64,000 nt of DNA from Verrucomicrobiota bacterium. GTDB lineage: Bacteria; Verrucomicrobiota; Verrucomicrobiia; Limisphaerales; UBA11358. Position numbers and translations under genes: made by a program. The notes under the pieces are model-generated. The model was not told the origin of the DNA and did not search any database. It saw only the letters and a list, made by a program, of their open reading frames with translations. Below are positions 1 through 8,357 of this stretch, piece by piece (within the stretch, counting starts at the first letter, position 1; each line of letters opens with the position of its first letter). The stretch lies in contig JBEKXN010000008.1 in assembly GCA_049511835.1 (NCBI GenBank), positions 42,090 to 106,089 on the forward strand, in the 5' to 3' direction.

Positions 1-1218
1 CAGATCGGTCACGCTGCCATTGCCGCGAATGCTGATAATCCAGATGGCCGGCAACACCGCCAGCGTGCGCGAGATCATCCGCCGGATCCACGGGCGAATG
101 CGCCAGTGCATGAACCCTTCCATCACCACCTGCCCGGCCAGCGTGCCGGTGATGGTGCTGCTTTGTCCGCTGGCCAGCAGCGCCACGGCAAAGAGCGTGC
201 TGGCGGCCGTCGTGCCCAACAACGGGGCCAGCGTCAGATAGGCAATACGTATCCAATCGCTGTCGGGATTGAACATGACCACCTGGCCGCCCGCCACCGT
301 CACGCTCTGCCTTCCGTAAAATACCATTGCCGCCAGCACCAGGATCGCCGCATTGACGAAAAACGCGACGGTCAGCGCGACAGTGGAGTCAAAGGTGTTG
401 AAGCGGATGGCGGTGCGGATGGAATGCTCGTCACGCTTCAGCTTTCGCGTTTGCACCAGCGCTGAGTGCAGGAACAGATTGTGGGGCATGACGGTCGCTC
501 CGATCATGCCGATGGCCACGACGATCATGCCGGCTTCGCGAAAGTTGGGCTGCACCAGGGCCTGGCCCATCTCCAGAAAGCCGGGATGCGTCTGGGGAAG
601 AATGAAAATCTCGATGCCGTAGCAGACCCCGATGGTGGCGACAAATACCGTGACCACCGCCTCAATCATCCTCATGCCCAACCCTTGCAAAGCGAGCAGG
701 AGCAGCACATCGAAGGCGGTGATGACAATCGCCCACGCCATGGGAATGTGGAAAAGCAAATTCAAGGCGACCGCGCTGCCCAGCGATTCGGCCAGGTCCG
801 TCGCGATGATGGCAATTTCCATGGCTATCCAGTTCGGCCAGCGTGACCATGCGGGATACCAGTTGCGACAGCACTGGGCCAGGTCCCTGCCCGTGACCAC
901 GCCCAGGCGGGCGGCAATGACCTGAAGGATAACAGCCATAAAACTGGCCACGGCCACGACCCAGAGCAAACCGTATTTGAACTGCGCTCCGCCCGCCAGG
1001 TCGGTGCCCCAGTTCCCGGGATCCATGTACCCAACACTGACGAGGATTGCCGGTCCCGCAAACGCCCGCCACTGCCGCCAGAAGCCGGCCCGATCCGGCG
1101 GCACGTCCACAGTGCCATGCACTCCCTCCAGCGAAGGGTGGCTGGCGCAGTCGGTGGTGCCGCCGACTGCCGGCCGGTGCGCGTCGGCGGTCTCCTTTTT
1201 GTCAAATTCTTCCGGCAT
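1..1218 (-). CDS. mntH: NRAMP-family divalent metal (Mn2+/Fe2+) transporter; 3' end cut by window edge
   Basis: Own translation of minus strand from ATG at 1218: MPEEFDKKETADAH...AILVSVGYMDPGNWGTDLAGGAQFKYGLLWVV ... ALLASGQSSTITGTLAGQVVMEGFMHW. DPGN and GQSSTITG motifs are NRAMP hallmarks. Frame stays open to position 1, so it is absent from the ORF track. Confidence 0.85.
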   Translation of the reverse strand, partial: MPEEFDKKETADAHRPAVGGTTDCASHPSLEGVHGTVDVPPDRAGFWRQWRAFAGPAILVSVGYMDPGNWGTDLAGGAQFKYGLLWVVAVASFMAVILQVIAARLGVVTGRDLAQCCRNWYPAWSRWPNWIAMEIAIIATDLAESLGSAVALNLLFHIPMAWAIVITAFDVLLLLALQGLGMRMIEAVVTVFVATIGVCYGIEIFILPQTHPGFLEMGQALVQPNFREAGMIVVAIGMIGATVMPHNLFLHSALVQTRKLKRDEHSIRTAIRFNTFDSTVALTVAFFVNAAILVLAAMVFYGRQSVTVAGGQVVMFNPDSDWIRIAYLTLAPLLGTTAASTLFAVALLASGQSSTITGTLAGQVVMEGFMHWRIRPWIRRMISRTLAVLPAIWIISIRGNGSVTDL

Positions 1219-1225
1219 GCCTGTT

Positions 1226-1249
1226 AATTTGTAGCCTATGCTACAATTT
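1226..1249. promoter_or_regulatory. candidate DtxR/MntR-type operator in divergent mntH-mntR intergenic region
   Basis: Perfect inverted repeat TTGTAGC-CTAT-GCTACAA (extended AATTTGTAGC / GCTACAATTT, 9 of 10) inside the 77-bp gap between the two start codons. Confidence 0.4.
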
Positions 1250-1295
1250 AGCAGAAAGATTGTCAACCGCAGTTTGGTTTGGTTTAGTTTGGAAA

Positions 1296-1754
1296 ATGAA
1301 TTGCCCGCCGACCAAAGCCGCCAAGGTCCGTCCGCCGCTCCAGGGCAACCCCCGCCGCACCCGGCAGGAGCACTCCCAGGAAATTGCCCTGGACTACGTG
1401 GAGTTGATTGCCGAACTCATCGCCACAACCGGCGCGGCGCGGGTGACCGATCTGGCCCGCCGCCTGGGCGTCACGCACGTCACCGTCAACCGCACCATCC
1501 AGCGCCTACAGCGCGGCGGACTGGTCAACGCCCAACCGTATCGCTCCATTTTGCTCACCGAAGCCGGTCGGAAACTTTCCGAAGAATCACGCCGGCGGCA
1601 CGAGATTGTGGTCGAGGTCCTCAAGTCGCTCGGCGTTCCGGACGCCGTTGCCCATCTGGATGCGGAGGGCATGGAACACCATGTCAGCCGGAAGACCCTC
1701 TCCGCGTTCGTTAAACACCTCGAACGCTGCGGCCGACACCAGCCGCCGCCGTAA
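1296..1754 (+). CDS. mntR: DtxR/MntR-family metal-dependent transcriptional repressor
   Basis: ORF 1047..1754 trimmed to ATG 1296. IALDYVELIAELIATTGAARVTDLARRLGVTHVTVNRTIQRLQRGGLV...LTEAGRKL...RRRHEIV matches DtxR-type wHTH plus dimerisation region. Divergent from mntH. Confidence 0.8.
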   Translation: MNCPPTKAAKVRPPLQGNPRRTRQEHSQEIALDYVELIAELIATTGAARVTDLARRLGVTHVTVNRTIQRLQRGGLVNAQPYRSILLTEAGRKLSEESRRRHEIVVEVLKSLGVPDAVAHLDAEGMEHHVSRKTLSAFVKHLERCGRHQPPP

Positions 1755-1793
1755 TCGCTCAAGCCGGCCGAACTCCCGCGGCCCGGTGTTTCA

Positions 1794-2195
1794 TCATACA
1801 TGGCCAGGCTGCCAATCTTTCGGCCGCTCGACCAGGTGCAGCAGATTGCCTTCGCCATCATTGAAAAATAAAACTCTTCCGCCGCCGGCCGCCTGCCGGA
1901 TTTCATCATCAAACTTCACACCCCGCCGGGCCAGGTCGGTCTTCGCTGCGTCAATCGAATCCACGCGCAGCGCCAGATGCCGGAAGCCGGCGAGCTTGTT
2001 GTTGCCCCGATCGGCCAGCGGCAAATCGGTGGCGTAAATTTCCAGCCATACGCCACCGGGCAGTTCGATGAGACAGACCGGCGGGTTCTGGCCGTTGTCC
2101 CAAATCGGTCGCGCGCCGAGGACGCGTTCATACCACTTTTTCAAGGCGACGGGGTTCGTGGCGGGAATGGCAATGTGTTCAAGGGAAAGGTTCAT
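1794..2195 (-). CDS. VOC (glyoxalase/bleomycin resistance/dioxygenase) family protein
   Basis: 133 aa; LEHIAIPATN...FRHLALRVDSIDAAKTDLARRGVKF...GNLLHLVE pattern typical of VOC fold. Confidence 0.7.
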   Translation of the reverse strand: MNLSLEHIAIPATNPVALKKWYERVLGARPIWDNGQNPPVCLIELPGGVWLEIYATDLPLADRGNNKLAGFRHLALRVDSIDAAKTDLARRGVKFDDEIRQAAGGGRVLFFNDGEGNLLHLVERPKDWQPGHV

Positions 2196-2417
2196 GGTTA
2201 TATTTTAACCGCAGATTATGCGGACCCCCGGGAATTGAAAAACTAAATTCGCGTCATCCGGATGCGGCCGCCAGCACAGTCAACACCAACGCTCCTTGGA
2301 ACCGCGCAGCAGTCCCGCTTTGCGGGAGATTGCGGCGGCCCTCCGCCGCTTTAATCGGTGATTTCAGTTTCAAGTTCACTCGCACCCGGAATCCTGTAAC
2401 ATCCACCCGCGATTTTT

Positions 2418-3056
2418 ATGAACACCGAATCCATTCTCAAACAACGGCTGCTATGCATCGCGGTGGTGGATGATCCAGAAACCGCCGTGCCGCTCGCCGA
2501 GGCCCTGCTCGCCGGCGGATTGCATACCATGGAAATCCCCTTCCGCACCGCCGCCGCCGCCGAAACCATCCGCCGCATCCGCCAAGGCCTGCCGGATATG
2601 TCCATCGGCGCCGGCACGCTGCTGTCGCCGGAACAGGTGCAACGCGCCGTGGACGCCGGCGCGCAATTTGGCGTCTCGCCGGGCTTGAACGAGGCGGTCC
2701 TGGCGGCGGCGCACAAAAACAAAATACCGTTCTTCCCGGGAGTGATGACACCAACGGAAGTGGGGCGGGCACTGGATCTGGGCTGGAAACATCTGAAGTT
2801 TTTCCCGGCGGAAGCGGCCGGCGGCATGGCCATGCTCAAGGCGTTCGCCGGGCCGTTTGCGCACACCGGCGTGAAATTTATACCAACCGGCGGCATCGAT
2901 GTCACGAATTTGCCCGATTATCTCGCGCTGCCGCAGGTCGCGACCATCGGCGGTTCCTGGATGGCCGGGCGCAAGCTCATCGCGGAAAAGGCATGGTCAA
3001 AAATCACCGCGCTGACCGCCGAGGCGATGAAAGTCATCGCGCAGGCGAAGATTTAA
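2418..3056 (+). CDS. eda: 2-dehydro-3-deoxyphosphogluconate / 4-hydroxy-2-oxoglutarate aldolase
   Basis: 212 aa; VVDDPETAVPLAEALLAGGLHTMEIPFRT, GAGTLL, FPGVMTPTE, LKFFPAE, KFIPTGGI are the conserved Eda blocks. Confidence 0.9.
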   Translation: MNTESILKQRLLCIAVVDDPETAVPLAEALLAGGLHTMEIPFRTAAAAETIRRIRQGLPDMSIGAGTLLSPEQVQRAVDAGAQFGVSPGLNEAVLAAAHKNKIPFFPGVMTPTEVGRALDLGWKHLKFFPAEAAGGMAMLKAFAGPFAHTGVKFIPTGGIDVTNLPDYLALPQVATIGGSWMAGRKLIAEKAWSKITALTAEAMKVIAQAKI

Positions 3057-3062
3057 AACAAC

Positions 3063-3125
3063 TCGGAGGGGCGAGTTACACGAGCACCAATTTAAAAGCG
3101 GGACTCGCAGAGCTCGCCCCTCCGA
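3063..3125. repeat. REP-like hairpin element (family B), probable bidirectional terminator between convergent eda and DUF4861 gene
   Basis: 13-bp perfect inverted repeat TCGGAGGGGCGAG ... CTCGCCCCTCCGA. The left arm CGGAGGGGCGA(G/A)TTACACGAGC recurs at 5256. Confidence 0.55.
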
Positions 3126-3131
3126 AAATTT

Positions 3132-4433
3132 TCAGTTCCCCATCGTCACCTGCAACGGCGCGGCGCGGCGCCCGGCAAAGCGGCGCACGTAATTTTCCCA
3201 CTGGATGTGGTTGGTGAAATCGCCGCTGCGGTCCCAGCACGCGCCAAAGTAATACGTGAACGGCTGGCCGGCCTTCACCTGCGTAACGGCGAGCAAATTG
3301 CGGATCGGCGGCGCGCCTTCAACCGTCGGTTGCGGCACGACGGCGTGCAGAACTGAATCAGCCAAATCCGGCGCGTCGTTCGTAAATGCCTGCACACCGC
3401 CTTTTGGCAAAACGATGGCAACGCCCATGGTCCCTTTCGGCTTGTCTTCCGGCTGCCAGTAACTCATCCAGCCCTCGGTCCGGTCTTGCGCAATCAATTC
3501 CTCGCCGTCCGGCCCGCACGCGCGTTCGGCCAGCCCGACCGCGATGGTCAGCGGCGAATTGGTTCCGCTGGCGAATGTGCTCTGCGCCTTGGTAAACCAT
3601 GAACCGGCGTCAATGCTGTAACGTTTGGTTTCGGAAACCTTCCGTCCGTTGCCGGCGTCCCATGCGTCGTAGGTCAGCTCGAATTCCGACCGGATTGGGC
3701 CGGTGGTGATGAGCTTCCAGTTGCGGTAATTGCTTGAGGTGTAAAGCTTTTTGCCATCCCAAATGCCCACGCCTCCGCAGCCGCGGCTGTTGCCGACCCG
3801 ATAATCGTCCATGAACTCGCCGTTGTCCTCGTGGTAATGCTTGGTGGCATACATCATGTCCACGATGAGGTCGCGGTTCTTTTTGATCCAGACATCCGGG
3901 CCGCTGCTGATGGTCCCCTCACCCTTGATGAGCGCCTGGCCGTAGGTGCGGAAAGCGATGCGGTCGCTTTCCCACGCGAAATCGTCGTAGCGTTCCGGCA
4001 CGTAACGCGCAAGCGTCTTCACCGCCGGCGCTGACACATCGGTCAACGGCGTGGCGTCCAGAACGTAATACGTCCGCGTCTCATGTGGCGCGAGGTCAAC
4101 CTGGAAGAGCAGTTTGTCCGGCGCTGAATTCGATTCGGAAGCATAAACCTGGGAATCCAAAATGTTCAAGGAACCCGCGTCCATCACGGCGAACTTGCCC
4201 GTCGCCGGGTCAAGCTGAAGGACGGCGGCGACGGCCGGCAGATTGAATTCAACCGTTTCACTTTCGCGGCTGAAGTTCGCGGGGTTGGTGACCTTGACGG
4301 AAACTCGCGTCGCGTCCTTCAACCCCGCCGTTTGATTCCGCCCGCCGCCCGGCGCGGCGGCGGCGACCGTCAAGGCGACACAAAAACATGCCAAACCGGA
4401 CAAGAGTTGAAAACGAACAAATGAATTTTTCAT
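3132..4433 (-). CDS. secreted DUF4861-like protein of uronate/pectin utilisation loci
   Basis: ORF 3132..4694 trimmed to ATG 4433, which gives signal peptide MKNSFVRFQLLSGLACFCVALTVAAAAPG. RYDDFAWESDRIAFRTYG, GPDVWIKK, GCGGVGIWDGKKLY resemble DUF4861 (family recalled from memory). Sits next to kduD/kduI. Confidence 0.65.
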   Translation of the reverse strand: MKNSFVRFQLLSGLACFCVALTVAAAAPGGGRNQTAGLKDATRVSVKVTNPANFSRESETVEFNLPAVAAVLQLDPATGKFAVMDAGSLNILDSQVYASESNSAPDKLLFQVDLAPHETRTYYVLDATPLTDVSAPAVKTLARYVPERYDDFAWESDRIAFRTYGQALIKGEGTISSGPDVWIKKNRDLIVDMMYATKHYHEDNGEFMDDYRVGNSRGCGGVGIWDGKKLYTSSNYRNWKLITTGPIRSEFELTYDAWDAGNGRKVSETKRYSIDAGSWFTKAQSTFASGTNSPLTIAVGLAERACGPDGEELIAQDRTEGWMSYWQPEDKPKGTMGVAIVLPKGGVQAFTNDAPDLADSVLHAVVPQPTVEGAPPIRNLLAVTQVKAGQPFTYYFGACWDRSGDFTNHIQWENYVRRFAGRRAAPLQVTMGN

Positions 4434-4456
4434 CAGTGACGCAGGGTGGTTGTGGT

Positions 4457-5239
4457 TCACCGCGCCAGCCAGCCTCCATCCACGTTCATGATGGTACCGC
4501 TCAGATAGTCGGCGTCCTTCGAGGCGAGGAACAAGGCCGCTCCCGCAATGTCCTCCGGCCGACCCCAACGGCCCTCGGGGATGCGGTCGAGGATGGCCTG
4601 ATTGCGTCTGGCATCTTCCCGCAATGCCTTCGTGTTCTCCGTGGCGATGTAACCAGGGGCCACGGCGTTGATGTTGATGCGCTCCTTTGCCCATTCGTTG
4701 GCGAGGGCCTTTGTGATTCCCGCGACGCCATGTTTGCTCGCCGTGTAGGCGGCAATGTTGATACCGCCCTGAAATGAAAGCAGCGACGCGATATTCACAA
4801 TTTTCAAGCGCGCGTCAGCGGACGATTGTCCGCGTCCGCTCGTCAGCCACCATTTCGCCACCGCCTGGCAAAGGAAAAATGGCGCGGACAAATTGGTCTG
4901 CAACACCTCGTTCCAGTCCGCTTCGGAAAAATCCACCGCCGGCGCGCGGCGGATGATGCCGGCGTTGTTGACCAGCGCGTCAATGCGGCCGGTTTGCTTC
5001 AGAATCTGCGCCACCAAATCCGCGGCCTCCGGCTGCGTGGTTTTGCCCAGATCGGCATTGACGGCCACAAATTCGCCGCCGGCGTTTTTGACCTGCGAAG
5101 CCGTTCCCGACAAATCGCTCCGCGCCATGCCCGCGACCTTCGCGCCTTCGCGGGCAAACGCAATGGCGATGGCCTGCCCGATTCCCCGGCTCGCGCCGGT
5201 GACAACGACGACCTTGTTGGCAAATCGTTTCGTTTCCAT
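4457..5239 (-). CDS. kduD: 2-dehydro-3-deoxy-D-gluconate 5-dehydrogenase (SDR)
   Basis: ORF 4457..5332 trimmed to ATG 5239. TGASRGIG, NNAG, YTASKHG, C-terminal NVDGGWLAR. Adjacent to kduI. Confidence 0.85.
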   Translation of the reverse strand: METKRFANKVVVVTGASRGIGQAIAIAFAREGAKVAGMARSDLSGTASQVKNAGGEFVAVNADLGKTTQPEAADLVAQILKQTGRIDALVNNAGIIRRAPAVDFSEADWNEVLQTNLSAPFFLCQAVAKWWLTSGRGQSSADARLKIVNIASLLSFQGGINIAAYTASKHGVAGITKALANEWAKERININAVAPGYIATENTKALREDARRNQAILDRIPEGRWGRPEDIAGAALFLASKDADYLSGTIMNVDGGWLAR

Positions 5240-5255
5240 TTTTCTTTTATTTGAT

Positions 5256-5324
5256 TCGGAGGGGCGAATTACACGAGCCCCAAAACTTTTTTCTGTCAGG
5301 GCGTCGCGGAGCTCCGCCCTCCGG
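5256..5324. repeat. REP-like hairpin element (family B), second copy
   Basis: TCGGAGGGGCGAATTACACGAGC ... GGAGCTCCGCCCTCCGG. Imperfect inverted repeat in the kduI-kduD gap, same left arm as 3063. Confidence 0.5.
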
Positions 5325-5328
5325 GAAA

Positions 5329-6162
5329 TCATCGCAAATCCGCCGGCTTCACGCCATCCATGTCATCAAACGTCTGGTTTTCACCGGCCATGCCCCAGAT
5401 GAACCTGTAATTGCCCGTGCCGCAACCGCAATGGATGGACCAGTTCGGCGACAGCGCGACCTCCTCGTTGTGCAAAAACAGGTGCCGCGTCTGCTGTGGC
5501 TCGCCCAGAAAATGCGTCAGCACGTTCTCGCCGAGGTCGAAGTAAAAATAAATCTCCGTGCGCCGCCAGTGGGTGTGCGGCGGGAACGAATTCCACACGC
5601 TCCCCTCCTCCAGCGCGGTGAACCCCATCACGAGCTGGCAGCTTTGAATGCCGCCGGGGTGAATGTATTTGTAAATCACGCGCTGGTTCGCGTTCGCCTG
5701 CGAACCCAGCGGCACGGGCGACGCGTCCTTCGGTTTCATCGTCGCGGCGGGATGCGAGGCATGCGCCGGGCAGCTCAGGAAATAAAACTTCGCCGGATTC
5801 TTCGCGTTCTTGCTCTCGAACGTGACCGATTGGGTGCCCATCGGCAGATAAACGCAGTTCAGCCGGCCGAGCGAAAAGGTTTTGCCATCCGCATGTACCG
5901 CCCCTGCCCCGCCGACGTTGATGGCGCCGAACTCGCGGCGTTCGAGGAAAAACGCCCGCCCGGTTTCCTTGTGATTCGGCAGTTCCACCGGCTTGACCGG
6001 CATCACGCCGCCGACCACCAGCCGGTCGAGGTCGGTGAACACGCCGCGCAATTCGCCCGGCTTGAAAAGATTGGTGATTTGAAACGTGTCGCGCAATTCC
6101 TGGGTGTCTAGGCGCTGCACGTCTTGGGGCCGCGGCATCCGGCGAATGGCGTTTTCGAACAT
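5329..6162 (-). CDS. kduI: 5-dehydro-4-deoxy-D-glucuronate isomerase
   Basis: 277 aa; N-terminus MFENAIRRMPRPQDVQRLDTQELRDTFQITNLF and cupin-type core ...FPPHTHWRRTEIYFYF... are typical KduI. Confidence 0.9.
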   Translation of the reverse strand: MFENAIRRMPRPQDVQRLDTQELRDTFQITNLFKPGELRGVFTDLDRLVVGGVMPVKPVELPNHKETGRAFFLERREFGAINVGGAGAVHADGKTFSLGRLNCVYLPMGTQSVTFESKNAKNPAKFYFLSCPAHASHPAATMKPKDASPVPLGSQANANQRVIYKYIHPGGIQSCQLVMGFTALEEGSVWNSFPPHTHWRRTEIYFYFDLGENVLTHFLGEPQQTRHLFLHNEEVALSPNWSIHCGCGTGNYRFIWGMAGENQTFDDMDGVKPADLR

Positions 6163-6265
6163 AGGGATGCGAGTCTAGATTTGAGTTTTGGTCCCGGTCA
6201 ATGGAAAACAAAATCCGACCGGGCAACATGTTTGCCACCCGGCCGGCACTTATGCAAACCTCGAA

Positions 6266-8158
6266 TCACGCCTTCCAGATCATGTCCGCCACCGTGCGGT
6301 TCGCCGGAACGAACGGCACCACGTGTTCGGTATAGGGCACGATCACGTCGAGCACATACGGCTCCCTGGCGTCAAGCATCCGCTGGATGGCGGGGCGCAA
6401 ATCCTTTTTGAACATTACCCGTTCGCATTTCACGTTGAAGCTGTTGCAGACGCGCACGTAGTCGGGATAAATTTCCTCGCGTTTGTCAGGATCGCCGAGA
6501 TAGGTGTGACCCCGGTTTCCGGCGTAAAACTTGTCCTCCCATTGCACCACCATGCCGAGGTGCTGGTTGTTCAGGATGATGGCCTTGGCGTTGATTTTCT
6601 CGACGTGCGCGGTCGCCAGTTCCTGAATGTTCATCAGGAATGAACCGTCGCCGTCAATATCAATCACTTCCTTGTCCGGATGCGCGACCTTGACGCCGAG
6701 CGCCGCCGGGTAGCCAAAGCCCATTGAGCCCAGCCCGCCGCTGGTGATGAACTGGCGCGGGAACTGGTATTTATACCACTGGCCGGCCCACATTTGATGC
6801 TGGCCCACGCCGGTGGTGATGATGGCTTCGCCCTTGGTCAGTTCGTAAAGCGCCTCGACCACCATCTGTTGCAGGATGATCTGGTCTTCATGGCCTTTGA
6901 GATGGTCCTTCATGTGGTCGCTGCCGGCGATTTCCTGCGTAATGGTGTAGGCAAAAGGCCCCTTTTGCTTCCACCCGGCGATTTGTTCGAGCCATGCGGT
7001 GTGCTGCTTGTTGAGCGGACGCTTGGCCAGCATCGCATTGAGCCGCGTGAGCGCGTCCTTGATGTCGCCCACCACGGCGAGATTGGCGCGGCGGTTTTTG
7101 TTCAGCTCGGAAGCGTCAATGTCCAGGTGAACAATCGTGCCGTGCTTGCAAAATTCCTCGAACTTGCCGGTGACGCGGTCGTCAAACCGCACACCGAACG
7201 CGAGCAGCAAATCCGCGCCATCCTTGATTTTCACCATCGGATCGTTGGGGTTGGTGCGCTGTTTGTATTCGCCGTTGACGGCCCAATTCGCGAACGCCGC
7301 GCCGTGCATGCCCAGCCAGCGGAGCGAGAGCGGATGCGTTTCCGGAAAACCGCCGAGGCCCATGAGCGTGGTGGTCACGGGAATCTGCGCCGCCTCGGCA
7401 AACTTTTTCAATTCCGCCGCCGCCCCGCTGCTGATGATGCCGCCGCCGCAATAAATCACCGGGCGTTCGGCCTTCTCGATGAGGCCCATGATTTCGTTCA
7501 ACGCGAGGTCATCGGCGCGCAGGTCGGGTTGATGGTAGCCGCGCAGGCCTTTCTTGATTTGCTCGAGCGTCGGCCACACCGGCTGGGTCCGGGCCTGCTG
7601 GATGTTTTTCGGCACGTCAATCACCACCGGGCCGGGCCGTCCGGATTGCGCGATGTAAAACGCCTCCTTCACGACGCGTGGAATGTCGTTCACATCCGTG
7701 ATGAGATAGGAATGCTTCACGATGGGCAGCGTCACGCCGATGATGTCGGTTTCCTGGAACGCGCCGCGGCCGATCATGGTCTGGTTGACCTGGCCGGTGA
7801 TGGCAATGAGCGGGCAGGAATCGAGGTAGGCATCGGCAATGGCAGTGACGAGGTTCGTCGCGCCGGGGCCGCTGGTGCTCATGCACACGCCGGCCTTGCC
7901 GGTCGCGCGGGCGTAACCTTCCGCCGCAAAACTGCCGCCCTGCTCGTGACGCGGCAGGATGGTGCGGATCTTGGACCGGGTGAGCGACTGGTGGATTTCC
8001 ATGCTCGCGCCGCCGGGATAGGCGAAAATGACCTCCACCTCTTCACGTTCGAGGGCTTTGACGAGGATGTCGCACCCCGGCATGGTGGGGCCGACCTCGG
8101 CGCGCGGGGCGGAGGCGGATTTTTTTTTGGTTGCGGCCATTTCAGTTGTCTTGCTCAT
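6266..8158 (-). CDS. ilvB: acetolactate synthase (acetohydroxyacid synthase) large subunit
   Basis: 630 aa; VIFAYPGGASMEIHQSL, CMSTSGPGATNLVT, GGLGSMGFGYPAALG, LNNQHLGMVVQWE ThDP-enzyme blocks. No small-subunit gene adjacent. Confidence 0.9.
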   Translation of the reverse strand: MSKTTEMAATKKKSASAPRAEVGPTMPGCDILVKALEREEVEVIFAYPGGASMEIHQSLTRSKIRTILPRHEQGGSFAAEGYARATGKAGVCMSTSGPGATNLVTAIADAYLDSCPLIAITGQVNQTMIGRGAFQETDIIGVTLPIVKHSYLITDVNDIPRVVKEAFYIAQSGRPGPVVIDVPKNIQQARTQPVWPTLEQIKKGLRGYHQPDLRADDLALNEIMGLIEKAERPVIYCGGGIISSGAAAELKKFAEAAQIPVTTTLMGLGGFPETHPLSLRWLGMHGAAFANWAVNGEYKQRTNPNDPMVKIKDGADLLLAFGVRFDDRVTGKFEEFCKHGTIVHLDIDASELNKNRRANLAVVGDIKDALTRLNAMLAKRPLNKQHTAWLEQIAGWKQKGPFAYTITQEIAGSDHMKDHLKGHEDQIILQQMVVEALYELTKGEAIITTGVGQHQMWAGQWYKYQFPRQFITSGGLGSMGFGYPAALGVKVAHPDKEVIDIDGDGSFLMNIQELATAHVEKINAKAIILNNQHLGMVVQWEDKFYAGNRGHTYLGDPDKREEIYPDYVRVCNSFNVKCERVMFKKDLRPAIQRMLDAREPYVLDVIVPYTEHVVPFVPANRTVADMIWKA

Positions 8159-8191
8159 GTGCTCTTTCGGTTGTGGCTGACAATCGCAGGT

Positions 8192-8229
8192 AAAACAAAA
8201 AACCCGCGACCGTTTTGCAGCCGTGGGTT
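8192..8229 (-). terminator. attenuator-type intrinsic terminator between Val-rich leader ORF and ilvB
   Basis: Minus strand reads AACCCACGGCTGCAAAACGGTCGCGGGTTTTTTGTTTT: imperfect GC stem followed by a T-run, 33 nt upstream of the ilvB ATG. Confidence 0.5.
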
Positions 8230-8250
8230 CATGTTAAAGTTTATTTCAAT

Positions 8251-8325
8251 TCAACAAGCGCCAACGGCGTCGCTAACTACAACGACGACACCCAGTTTAA
8301 CTGCTTGTGAAAAGTTTTTCAACAT
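8251..8325 (-). CDS. putative ilvB leader peptide (24 aa, Val-rich)
   Basis: Own translation ATG(8325)..TGA(8251): MLKNFSQAVKLGVVVVVSDAVGAC. It has five consecutive Val codons plus further Val/Leu/Ala, placed just upstream of the terminator hairpin. Confidence 0.5.
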   Translation of the reverse strand: MLKNFSQAVKLGVVVVVSDAVGAC

Positions 8326-8357
8326 TCGCTTTAAATCTAGCTGAATTTCCGGTCCGG

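Noticed and set aside
4433-4694. N-terminal 87-aa extension of the DUF4861-like ORF overlapping kduD; similar 5' extensions of the ORFs starting at 1047, 5332, 16601, 23367, 29690, 35178, 39767, 40519, 46979, 48792, 51677, 52252, 58137 and 61693
   Set aside because: The extensions overlap neighbouring genes or repeats and are Arg/Gly/Pro-rich. They also precede an internal ATG that yields a proper signal peptide or a conserved N-terminus, and in several cases creates ATGA/TAATG coupling with the upstream gene.
6794-8344. 516-aa plus-strand ORF covering most of the ilvB region
   Set aside because: It lies antisense to a gene with unmistakable acetolactate-synthase motifs. Its product is Arg/Gly/His/Ala-rich with no recognisable domain. 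This is a typical high-GC antisense artefact.
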